This document shows, piece by piece, positions 23,791 through 35,500 of a stretch of DNA of 45,516 nt; position 1 is the first letter of the stretch; every line of letters begins with the position of its first letter. Source of the stretch: Saprolegnia diclina VS20. Its lineage: Eukaryota. A program made the translations under genes and the position numbers. Under the pieces are notes generated by a model that saw only the letters and a program-made list of their open reading frames with translations, was not told the DNA's origin and did no database searches. The stretch covers positions 604,448 to 649,963 of the forward strand of contig NW_008246082.1 of the NCBI RefSeq assembly GCF_000281045.1. Direction: 5' to 3'.

Positions 23791-25814
23791 TGGGGATCTG
23801 TGACAAAGCGCGCATGTGATTGGCTCCGGCCGGTGCCGACTTGCGCGGGCGGCTGGAAAAGTCCTCGTTTCGCAAGTGTTTAATACACGCGGCGTTTTGT
23901 ACGCAGACAGAGCGGCTACGATCCCCGACGTACGCGTCAGAACAGCGCATTGCTCGAGCGATGCCAGTCCTCGGAGAAGCCGCGAGGTGTCTCCAAGATG
24001 CAACAGCGTTCTTGACGGAGGCGATGGCGGTGGTTGGGCTGCCTCGGTTGTGTGTGTATGGTCAAAGTACCACGCCATGCACCAGACACAGTCGTTGGCG
24101 CAGGAGGATGAAGTATGACGGGATGCGTGTCATCGAGGATCACAGACGCGACGTTTATGGTTGGAGCAGGTATACATAGCGAGCGCATGAAATAGCTGCA
24201 GTCCACGCTATTTCGAGAGTCAAACGCTTGTGCAGTATCGCTTGGACGTCCAAGCGTGTATGTCTTACGAGCTCCTGAAACGGATGCAAGCGTTATCGGG
24301 GTGCAAATGCATCGGAAACGGAGTGGGTGGTTTGATCTAAATCGAGCACGTCGAGCTTCTGCTGCTTCGTCCGCTCAAGTCTCGCCACGTTTGGCCTATT
24401 GGCGACTCGTGCAAAACGCTCATGTCGTGCTATCCCCTCGTCTAGCGTGGCAGCGCTTATACAAGCGCGAGTTCAGGTCACTTAATGGTATGTCAACGTC
24501 GATTTTGCTAATCAGAATGTACGCGTCGACCACCATTTTCTCTATAGTTCTCATTCTTCTACTAGAACCGATCTGCGGGATGGATCTCTCCGTACGCAGC
24601 TCACTCCCAACGACCAAGTGCTTGCAACTCCCACGCATTCCGACATAGCGCTATATATGCGAAATCTTTGAATTAGTGTTTGCTAACTGGTTGAAGTACC
24701 GAGTAGCCTTCGGGCATGCCTGTGCATCACAGTGCAAGGTGCAGACTCGGCCCATCGAGGTTTGAGTGCAGAACGGTCACTTCCCCAGGTACTTCAAAGT
24801 CCATTGAACACCAACTGCGATAACTAGATCTGCGTGTTATCCCAATAAAGTTCATCGTAGGTGGATCTTTTGGATCTTTTTGCGAGGTATGATCGATGTA
24901 CGTCAAGAATGTTGTGCTACAACCCAGCAGTTGGACCACGATGGTGATGGCACTGGGTGCGCCACTGCTATCGCGAGAAGAAGGCGCGCCGAAACCTCAA
25001 TCGGGTCCCTCGCATTCGTCCTACTGATAAGACATGACGCAACTTACGGTAATAGACCTCTCCAACACATACGAGGTATCGACATCACGCGTGTCATTTG
25101 ATCGTTGGTTGTGGTGTATGAAATGACTGTGGTCCCGGCTTCAGTAATTTCAGGTCATTGTTGAGGTTAGTCGCCGCCTCCAATGCACTCAGGTAGCGTC
25201 CTGGTAGAGGTGCACCGAAATCACTGAAATAGAAACTACAGTCGTAAAAGAGCACATGGAGTGATGATGATTACCCATCCTTATCGTTGAATATCATTCC
25301 ACAGATGTACACAATTGTCCTTCACGACAAATTAAAATACACAAGTACTTGCTGGTACATGCATAACCGTTGCACTGAGATTGTACAGCGTCTCTTTCTC
25401 CGTCGCTTGAGGTTTGGCGCCGCTTCAACGAGGGTTCAATCGCTACCTTCAACAACACCCTTTCCTGGTTTGATGCGCATGAAAACAACATGTATCAAAC
25501 ACATCGCGGCAACATTGCATGTTTTAAACACACACTTCAACCGACCCCAATCAACGCATTTAAATGGGTTCAACAAAATGCGATACAAACCACAAGTGAT
25601 ACAAGCACCCAATTGGCGCGCGAAAAGAAGTACGGTCCCACCCTGCCACGCTCTCTTTCGGGTATGTCCTATTCTCAGCCGCCAAACATCCTGGTTTCAA
25701 AAACCACGTGGGAACTTTGGGAATTGGTGGTCATGGCGAAGGCAAGTCGACCACCGATTTCGACCGGCGCGCGCGCCATGACACCCATTTTGACATTTTT
25801 GGTCACCAAAAGAC

Positions 25815-28164
25815 ATGGCTCCTCAACGTCGTCGCGCCGGCAAGTCCACGAAGGACGCCCATGCCAACCTCTCTGCCGAAGAGCGCGTCGCCGCTGGCAC
25901 GGACGCCAAGAACCGCGGTAACGCGGCGTACGCCGCCGGCGACCACGCCACGGCCATCAAGGAGTTCACGGCCGCCATCGCGTTCGAGCCGGAGAACCAC
26001 ATCTACTACTCGAACCGCTCGGCCGCGTACTTGAGCGCCGGCAACGCCGCGCAGGCGATGGCCGATGCCAACAAGTGCATTGAGATCGACGCCAAGTGGG
26101 GCAAGGGTTACGCCCGTCTCGGTGCCGCGTACTACTTTATCAAGTCGTACCAGAAGGCTGTCCAGGCCTACACCAAGGGCTTGACGGTCGACAAGGGCAA
26201 CAAGCAGCTCCAGGCCGGCCTCACGCAGGCGCAGGCCGCGTACCAGGTGCTCGAGGAAGAGGCCTCGGGTGTCGAGATGGACGACGCCACGCGCAAGATG
26301 AAGCGCATGGAGATCGAGGACAAGATCAACAAGGCCCGTGCCGAGCGTGAGGAGCGTGCCAAGCGCGCCGAGCGTGGTTTCTCCGAGGTGATCGGTATCG
26401 ATCTCGGTACGACGTACTCGTGCGTCGGTGTCTGGAAGGACGGCCAGGTCGAGATCATTGCCAACAGCGAAGGTAACCGCACGACGCCGTCGTGGGTCGC
26501 TTTCAACGAAGCCGAACGCCTCATCGGCGACGCCGCCAAGCTCCAGGCTGCCTCGAACGCCACGAACACGGTCTTCGACGCCAAGCGTATCATTGGTCGC
26601 GCTTTCTCGGACCCGATCGTCAAGAAGGACGCTGCTCACTTCCCGTTCAAGATCGTCGAGGGTGATGAGGACAAGCCGCTCATCCAGGTCTCGTTCAAGG
26701 GCGAGGACAAGCGCTTCACGCCCGAGGAGATCTCGTCGATGGTCCTTACCCGCATGAAGGAGACGGCGGAGAACTACCTCGGCCAGGAGATCAAGCAGGC
26801 TGTCGTCACGGTCCCTGCGTACTTCAACGACCAGCAGCGTCAGTCGACGAAGGATGCCGGTGCCATTGCTGGCCTCGACGTCAAGCGCATCATCAACGAG
26901 CCCACGGCCGCCGCCCTCGCGTACGGCTTGGACACGAACGCCGGCTCGGACGGCAACAAGGCCAACATCCTCATCTTCGATCTCGGTGGTGGTACCTTCG
27001 ATGTGTCGATCCTCTCGATCGAGAACGGCATCTTCGAAGTCAAGTCGACGGGCGGTGACACGCATCTCGGTGGTGAAGATTTCGACTCGAACATGGTCGA
27101 CTTCCTCGTCACGGAGTTCAAGCGCAAGAACAAGGGCCTTGACCCNNNNNNNNNNNNNNNNNNNNNNNNNNNNNNNNNNNNNNNNNNNNNNNNNNNNNNN
27201 NNNNNNNNNNNNNNNNNNNNNNNNNNNNNNNNNNNNNNNNNNNNNNNNNNNNNNNNNNNNNNNNNNNNNNNNNNNNNNNNNNNNNNNNNNNNNNNNNNNN
27301 NNNNNNNNNNNNNNNNNNNNNNNNNNNNNNNNNNNNNNNNNNNNNNNNNNNNNNNNNNNNNNNNNNNNNNNNNNNNNNNNNNNNNNNNNNNNNNNNNNNN
27401 NNNNNNNNNNNNNNNNNNNNNNNNNNNNNNNNNNNNNNNNNNNNNNNNNNNNNNNNNNNNNNNNNNNNNNNNNNNNNNNNNNNNNNNNNNNNNNNNNNNN
27501 NNNNNNNNNNNNNNNNNNNNNNNNNNNNNNNNNNNNNNNNNNNNNNNNNNNNNNNGTCGATGTGACGCCGCTCTCGCTCGGTATTGAGACGGTCGGCCGC
27601 GTCATGTCGGTGCTCATCAAGCGCAACACGGCCATCCCGATCAAGAAGACGCGCGTCTACACGACTGAGGAAGACTACCAGACGCAGGTCGATGTGTGCA
27701 TCTACGAAGGCGAGCGCGCCTGCGTGGACCACAACAACAAGCTCGGCGAGTTCACGATCTCGGGCATCGAGCGCGCCAAGCGCGGCGAGCCGCAGGTCCA
27801 GGTGACCTTCGAGATCGACGCCAACGGTATCCTCAACGTTTCGGCGCTCGACAAGAAGACGAACGCCAAGGCCGAGACGACGATCAACAACAACAACGGT
27901 CGCCTCACGCAGGAGGACATTGACCGCATGGTTGCTGACGCCGAGAAGTTCAAGAAGGACGACGCCGAGGTGCTCAAGAAGATCGAGGCCCGCAACTCGC
28001 TCGAGAGCTTCATCTACCGCGCGCTCGAGCTCACCCGCGAGAAGGGCGACGCCGCCGCCGAGAACACGATCCGTGAGGCCCGCGAGTGGCTCGAGGACCA
28101 CGAGGATGCCACGCTCCGTGAGTTGGAGGAGAAGAAGCGCGTCCTTGAGCGCCTCGTCCGTTAA
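25815..28164 (+). CDS. HSP70: TPR-Hsp70 fusion, copy B (interrupted by assembly gap 27146-27555)
   Basis: Near-identical to copy A in the opposite orientation. Reading resumes after the gap at VDVTPLSLG and ends VLERLVR*. Confidence 0.93.
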
Positions 28165-28225
28165 ATAGGTTAGCACTTTGTATCCTTGTACAATTGAATC
28201 GAATTTATTGATGGAAATCATCTCA

Positions 28226-28885
28226 NNNNNNNNNNNNNNNNNNNNNNNNNNNNNNNNNNNNNNNNNNNNNNNNNNNNNNNNNNNNNNNNNNNNNNNNNNN
28301 NNNNNNNNNNNNNNNNNNNNNNNNNNNNNNNNNNNNNNNNNNNNNNNNNNNNNNNNNNNNNNNNNNNNNNNNNNNNNNNNNNNNNNNNNNNNNNNNNNNN
28401 NNNNNNNNNNNNNNNNNNNNNNNNNNNNNNNNNNNNNNNNNNNNNNNNNNNNNNNNNNNNNNNNNNNNNNNNNNNNNNNNNNNNNNNNNNNNNNNNNNNN
28501 NNNNNNNNNNNNNNNNNNNNNNNNNNNNNNNNNNNNNNNNNNNNNNNNNNNNNNNNNNNNNNNNNNNNNNNNNNNNNNNNNNNNNNNNNNNNNNNNNNNN
28601 NNNNNNNNNNNNNNNNNNNNNNNNNNNNNNNNNNNNNNNNNNNNNNNNNNNNNNNNNNNNNNNNNNNNNNNNNNNNNNNNNNNNNNNNNNNNNNNNNNNN
28701 NNNNNNNNNNNNNNNNNNNNNNNNNNNNNNNNNNNNNNNNNNNNNNNNNNNNNNNNNNNNNNNNNNNNNNNNNNNNNNNNNNNNNNNNNNNNNNNNNNNN
28801 NNNNNNNNNNNNNNNNNNNNNNNNNNNNNNNNNNNNNNNNNNNNNNNNNNNNNNNNNNNNNNNNNNNNNNNNNNNNNNNNNNNNN
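28226..28885. other. Assembly gap
   Basis: Run of N. Confidence 1.
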
Positions 28886-29356
28886 AATGCCGCGTCGGCC
28901 ACCACCAACGATCCTGCGGCCCCAGTATTGGTCGCCGACCAGCCGAAGCGTTCGAAGCGCAAGCGGACGGCGTACAACGTGCTCCAGAGCAAGATGTGGA
29001 AGGAAAGAGGTACTACTCGGCGCAATTTTGATGTACAATGAAATCTGAATGTAGTGCCCGGACCCAGTCGCTCTGTTTTCGACAACATTAACGCAAACGT
29101 GTGCACGATGTGGAATCACTTGAAGGCCACGGACGCTGAAGCAATTGCCGCCTTGGAAAAAGAGGCGCGCGCGGTGAACAAGGCTCAAGTCACGGCGCCC
29201 GAGACGATGCCGCTACGCGCACGCCTTCAGCTCTCCGCGTCGATTATTGCCGACATCAACAGCCAATGTGATCGTCTGCGTACGTTGCCTCACGTCGCCT
29301 CACATTGACATATACTATTACGTAGAAATGCTCGGCTACCACTCGGTCGAGTACAG
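28886..29356 (+). pseudogene. Truncated spliced gene fragment with an HMG-box-like segment
   Basis: PKRSKRKRTAYNVLQSKMWKER|VPGPSRSVFDNINANVCTMWNHLKATDAEAIAALEKEARAVN (intron 29010-29054), a second intron, then LQMLGYHSVEY, where it meets the opposite-strand fragment. Confidence 0.45.
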
Positions 29357-30248
29357 CATCGCAATGCTAAATGCCATGTCTACATTTGACTGGGTCACAT
29401 CCCGCAATTTAACAACGTGGTAACTTGTCGTACGTGGCTTGGTTGGCGATGCCGGAAAAAAGCCATTAGCGAGCAGCACTTGTGCCAACGAGCATGCAGA
29501 GCAGAAAACAACCCGCGCGGCCTCTGTAGCCATTGTGCCGTGGAGAGTAACAACGCTTGTCGTGCCTACTTTTGTAGTACTAGCCAACAACATTGTATGA
29601 AGAGAAAATTACCGGTACCCTCGACGTTGCATCCACACACAATTTGTGGAGCTTGCCTTACGAGGACGCGACCGTTGTCGTCGACCATCTTGTGGCAAAC
29701 CGTGTGGATCTGGGCGTGATCCAAGCACAATGCAGACTTCAAACCGCTGTCTCGACAGTCATAGCAGCGGTAGGTAGCATACGCGGGGCACGCATCAGCA
29801 CAACACCGTGTGCGCGAGAGCCGGGGAGACAAGTGCAGGGCTAAAGCTGACACGAGCACGCGACGCATGTCCTTCCAAGCTTCAGCTGTGCGCTTTCGCT
29901 CGTTTGCCTTCCATTGTCGGACTTCTTGCTTTCGGGCGCGATTAATAAGCTCGTCCAGCGTAGTGGGCCGCGTGGCGACGTCGTCTTCGTCCTCACTTAG
30001 GTCGTCTTCGTCCAACTCAATTGAAGAGTCGTTGTCGTCGTCGTTATCCGAGCATCGAGCGAACATAGATGGACGAGTAATTGATTTGCGGCTGATACAG
30101 CATAGAACTAATGTGATGAAGTAGAGGGCATCGGCATGATGGCATTCATCGCAAGAAGATACGACACGTCGTCGTCTTCGTCGTCATCGTCGTCGTCAGC
30201 TCGCTTCCGTCGCTTCCGTTGCTTCGTGCCTCCTTTGATAGCGCTCAT
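29354..30248 (-). mobile_element. Truncated KDZ (Kyakuja-Dileera-Zisupton)-type transposase N-terminus with CxC cysteine cluster
   Basis: Spliced: MSAIKGGTKQRKRRKR-acidic|...CCADACPAYATYRCYDC..LCLDHAQIHTVCH...VCGC...|VVTLHG..VVFCSAC..QVLLANGFFPASPTKP|HMAFSIAML. This matches the CxC cluster pattern (LL.xG.FPxxPxxPxxAF) found before KDZ catalytic domains. No catalytic domain follows. Confidence 0.65.
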
Positions 30249-30769
30249 GCTCAAGTCAACAACAAAGCTAAATTGCTGTTTCGTTCATCGTTTCCCAGCT
30301 ATTGCCTATAAACCCGGTATTGTACTGCTTAGTGCTTGCATATTAAATTTCTAATGCATAATTCGTCAGAACGGTCTCGGCCTCGCGATTGTACTTGGTT
30401 CCGTGCACTTGAGAGGAATGCGGGACCGCACCGGCAACGACGGCCCGAACGCTCCATTTTTTTCGCGCCAATTCTACAGTCCGTTCCTATTGGCCGAAAC
30501 GGTTTTGTACGCGGCCAATAGATTGTCGTTTCAGCACCATTGGTCCCGCAGCCAATGTTGTCGCTACCAATGGTTGAAATTTAAAACATCACAGCATTTA
30601 GAATACAGATTTCAACATATTTTATACGAATAAGAAACAATGCCACGGGAGCCAATCGATTGACACTAGCTGTCATCGCTACGCTTGCCACCATTCTACA
30701 AGATGCACCGGAGGAACGAGACGACGTTTGCATTGCCTTGGTCTCCATGATCGCACTGCGGAGACTGGT

Positions 30770-31290
30770 CCCCACGCCGCTTCCGTCGTTCCCACCGTAG
30801 CCGTTGTCCCCACGCGGCTTCCGTCGTCCCCACGCGGCTTCCGTAGTCTTCTTGCCGGTGCCGTCGTCTTCTCACCGGTGCCGTCGTCTTCTCGCGGCTT
30901 CCATCGTCTTCTCGCCGGTGCCGTCGTTCCCGAGCCGGTGCCGTCGTCTCCTCACCGCTGCCGTCGTTCTTGCCGGTGCCGTCGTTCCAGCAGCCCGCAC
31001 CGTCGTCTTCTTGCCGGTGCAGTAGTCTTTTTGCCAGTGCAGTCGTCCCCTCACCGGGGACGCCGTTTCCTAAGCCGGTGCCGTCGTCTTCTTGCCCTTA
31101 CCAACGTCGTCTTGTCGGTGCCGTCGTCTACTGTCGGTGCCGTCGTTCCCAAGCCGGTGCCGTCGTCTTTTCGCCGGTGCCGTCATTCCTGATGCTCCCA
31201 AGCCAGTGCCACCGATCCCACCCGCACCGCCGATCCCAAGCCAGTGCCGTCCCCGAAGCTGGTGCCACCGCTTCCGAGGCGGTGCCGCCA
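30770..31290. repeat. Degenerate ~20-bp GC-rich minisatellite, core GCCGGTGCCGTCGT(C/T), roughly 20 units
   Basis: Recurring gccggtgccgtcgtcttct / gccggtgccgtcgttccc units. Unit length is not a constant multiple of 3. Confidence 0.85.
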
Positions 31291-31635
31291 TTCTCAGTGC
31301 ATGGTAGTGACCTGATGCACGTGCTGTCGAATCGAATATATGGTGTCATAGATTTGTTATTTATAACCTTCTTGTCTTATCTTGAGTGGGCTACACGACT
31401 GCAACCTGAGCTTTACTGTTGCCTTTGTTTTTGCCGATTTAGACATACCATCTCGCAAGGTTGACGACGATGCTGTTTCTGAACGTCCTTGTTGCAGCAT
31501 GCACACCCACATCTTTGCTCAAGTGACCAATGATGCAGACTCCTCAAGCAAGTTCTAGTCTCGGGTGTACACGCTGCAGCAAGAGGGTGTGTGACCAGCG
31601 ATCTATGCTCTCGCCCCTAAAAAGCATGCCGAAAG

Positions 31636-31740
31636 GTGCTGGAAGAGAGGTTTGGACCCCCTGAATTTCTGGCTCTGCTTTTAAAAGTGCAAATAATGGG
31701 GCAGAAAGAGAGGATTGAACCCCCTGCCTTTTGCTTACAC
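31636..31740 (-). other. Two adjacent tRNA-3'-half-like segments (not complete tRNAs)
   Basis: Minus strand TGTAA-GCAAA-AGGCA-GGGGG-TTCAATC-CTCTC-TTTCTGC-C-CCA (31739-31697) fits anticodon loop, T arm, acceptor and CCA. A degenerate copy (GGGGGTCCAAACCTCTCTTCCAGC) lies ~60 bp away. No D arm seen. Confidence 0.3.
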
Positions 31741-32530
31741 CCTCTCGGTAAAACTATTAAAATATGTGTACGACATGAGTATCGAAGCGGTGGCCTTCCG
31801 CTTAATTTCCTGCCGCTGTACGACTAGAGTGTAGAATTGGATATGCGTTTGTCATAGTTTATAATTATCTAAAGATGTAAATGTGTATTGGCTCTATAAT
31901 AATAAAGAATGGTCGTATTGAATGGAAGTGCATAGTTGCCTTGATCCTCCTTGCAACATTTATATGAGAATAATGCGTAGGCTCATGTGATATTGTATAG
32001 ATTGTCTGAGCTCTGGTATTAGTACCGGTAAGATGGACGTGGAGCATGTACTCCACTCCTAATTCCGATGCTCTTGTGCCTCCTCAACAAGGTCATCATC
32101 CATCGGGGACCGGGAAATTACCGGGCAAAAAGCCGCTCTATGACGCTTGTATGTTTTGTTCTAATGTTACCGCAACTAGCAATAAACTGGCCTTTTGGCT
32201 TGAACCCCATTTGGGTTCAGTATGCTGAGCAATAATCTGACTGGATATTGCACCATCGGTACCAATCGACATATCCAGGACTTATTTTATCGATTGAATG
32301 GACGGATATCGCTGACAACTGTTTGATCGCTGCTTGCGCTTTGCCCATGATCCATCGCCCCATGGGCCTTGCTGCGTGAGGGATTCGGCGCCCTCATGAG
32401 TCCCGGGCCCCTGGAACACGTTGTGCTGTGCCAGGATCGGAGTACTTGGTGTTTTAAAATCAACCTGCTTTTTGTATGCTTGGAACCGGTTCTTTTTTAT
32501 AACTTGAAAGAAGACCGCGATCAAGCCATC

Positions 32531-35500
32531 ATGCGCTTGCATCTTGGCGAGCTCCTCGATGAGATCGGCGAGGGAGGGATGGGGACAGCGGCCCTCTTCC
32601 GCGAGCACAGCAAGGACCTCAACGAGCTCAAGGTGACCCCGCGCTCGTACGTGTATATCCCCGTGGGCAGCGTCCTCACGCTGCCGCTGCTGCCATGGAC
32701 CTTCCGCGGGTTCTCGATCGCGGTGTGGGTCCAGCTGCCGCCGCCGCCACCCGTCGAGGTCGGCCCGAAGCGCATCCGCCTCTTCAAGTTTTACAGCACG
32801 AGCAAGAATATGGGCGTCGAGTGCACGCTCACGCCGCTCAACGACGACTGCACGCGCGTCTCGCTCAGCGTTGCGTCGGCCACGAACGAGAAGGGCTGGC
32901 GCCACGTGAGCTCGCAGTTCGTCTGGGACGCGCAGCAGTGGCACCTCGTCGTCGTGACGCATAAGCAGCACTACCTCAAGCGCAGCCACGTCGAGTGCTA
33001 TATCAACACGACGCGCGTCATGAGCGAAGACCTCTCGTACCCGACGCCAACGGGCCCCATGTCCCAGTGCCTCATTGGCGGCGTCGACTCTGGCGGTGCC
33101 ACGGCGCCGTTCCAGCTCTCGGGCATGACCATGTACGAGGACGAGCTCCGACCCGACATGATGGCGGCCCTCCACCGCCATGGCCCGTCCCATACCTGCT
33201 TGCGGCGCCTCTTCTTGGGCGTGAACCCCTTCCAGAACACGTTTCTGGACACCAAGCCGCTCGCCAAGGTATCGACGCACGAGAAGACGCTCACGAGTGA
33301 GATGAGCATGCACCTCAAGATCGTATTTTCGTTCAGCGCGCACGACGTCATCGCCGACGACGAAGTGAGCGACCGGACGAGCCTCGGCCCCGTGCTCTGC
33401 ACGCAGTGGAGCTGCGAAGGCGACCGCGACAAGAAAGGTCGTTGGACGCGCTTCAAGGCCGAGGGCGACATCGCGTTGTCCCAGCAAACCCACGTCGTCT
33501 TGAGCCCTGGTGTCTTTACGCTCTCGCATCCCGACCGGGCCGACGTCTGGTTCCGCACTGGTGGGATTCCCTCGGTGCTCTTGCTCTTGCACGCACTCTT
33601 GTCTCGACCGCACGCTGATTTGCCCATCACGCTCGGGTATGGCCTCAGTTTGCTCCAAGGGCTTCTGCGCAACTCGATTGCCCATCAAGAAGAGATGCTG
33701 CATCAGTATGGCTTTCACTTGCTCAGTCATGTGTTGCGGTCGCATGGCGGCGACAACGAAGAGCTCTTGAGCGCCAGCAACGCGACGGCGTGCGTCGAGC
33801 TCGTCGTTGCCAACTACTTGGATCTGCACTCGGGCGACCCGGACCCGATCCCGCTCTTCGTCGTCGGTGTCCAAGCGCTCTTGCTGGACTTTGACTTGTG
33901 GAGCACGGCCACGTTCAAAACACAGTCGATCTTGCTGCAGCAGCTCGTCGGCCTTCTCAAGAGTGTCCCGTGCCTGCGCCGGATCGTCTCGACGCAGCTC
34001 ATCGTCGACATTCTTCGGCGGCACTACCTCAAGGCCGCGCTTGCCAAGCGCAAGACCAAGGACCCGACGTGGGTCGACGAGTGCGTGCGGTCGCTCGTCA
34101 CGTTCTTTGAAGCGACGCTCGCGCCCGACGAGATGACGCCCGACGCGTCACTTCGCATCTTTGTCCTCGGCGACGCCGTCTTGCAGTCGCCGTCGGGCTC
34201 GATCGCCGCCGACGCAGCGCTCGAGAGCATATTTTTGCCCATGGCGCTGGTCCGCAACGTGCGCACAGCGACGCGCTTCCTCCTCGTCTGCCCGGATGCG
34301 CTCTTGAGCCGCGCGATTTTAACGAGCCTCTCGAGCCGTGCGGTGTGCGACCCGCCCATGTACATTGCGCTCCTCGGTGCAAACGCGTTGGACTGCATTC
34401 TGTATCTCTTGCAGCCCAAGCACGCTCTCGCTACGCGCTTGAGCGCTCTCCGGCTCTTTGTGCTGCTGTACGAGTGGCTCGAGTCGAGTGACGGGCGCGG
34501 CGTCGTCTCGTCGCTCGAGCGGCATCTGCAACTCGACTTGGTCGACGACAGCACCGCCTCGCTCTTCCAGGAGCTATTGTTTGACGCGTCCTTCTTCATG
34601 GGTCTCCGCCACACGGTCGCCATGAACGACCCGTCACTGATCGGCCGCGACGTTACCGCCTTTGCCGAGGTACCCACAAAAGGCATGACGGCCGCGTCGA
34701 CGCGCCTCGCGCTCGCATACGACGACCGCCTCGTCGCGCTGCGAGCCATGGCGCTCCGCTCGATCCAAGAAGTCTCCCACGCGACGCCCAACATGCCCAG
34801 TGTCTTTGCGGACGGTCTCATGACGCTCATGACGCTGCCGCTCCGCGGGACGCTCCCGTTCATTGCGTGTCTCTTCAAGCACGTGCCGAGCATTTCGACA
34901 ACATGCCGTGAGCGTATCCTTATGGAGATTAGCGTCTTTGTCAAGACCGACATGGCGACGCAGAAGCAGCTGCTCAGTCTTCCGTGGGTCGAGTGGTTTA
35001 CGGACCTACTTGCGTCGTGCTGTATGGGGACGGAGCCCCAAGAGACGGGCGAAGACCTTGTGTTTGACACGATCGTCACGCTTTTGTGCGCTGCCATGTA
35101 CACGCCGCGGGGCTGGACCGCGATGGCGCATTTTCTCTCGCTCGTGCGCACGCCGCCGCCGGCCGACGGCAACGACCGCGGCGCCAACCCGTTTCGCGCC
35201 GCCAATGTCTTTGTGTGGTCGCGCCGGCTCCTAGGACTCGTCCTTGTGCGGCTTGTCCGGAGCAAGACGATTCTCTCGCGCGCGCTGGCCGAGAACGTCC
35301 ACCACCTCGTCATTTTAGCCTACTACTTGCTGCTCGGCGTCGTCGACGACGAAACACACATGACGCTCCTCCTCTCGAGTGTGCTGGACGTCGTCGACAT
35401 GCTTCTCGAAAGCACAAATAAGAAGCACCGCGCGGGTTTGGTGCCGGCGCTTCGACTCTGTCGCGCGGTGTTGCCGTTGCGTGCCTGCGCGCCCGTCCTT

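Noticed and set aside
23600..25790. Short ORFs and possible heat-shock elements between the Hsp70 copies
   Set aside because: No recognisable domains, non-coding-like composition, and no convincing triple nGAAn array found by eye.
27146..27555. Apparent frameshift in TPR-Hsp70 copy B
   Set aside because: The N gap is about 11 nt shorter than the matching part of copy A, so the shift reflects gap-size estimation.
30728..31464. ORFs across the minisatellite
   Set aside because: Open in several frames only because the GC-rich repeat lacks stop codons.
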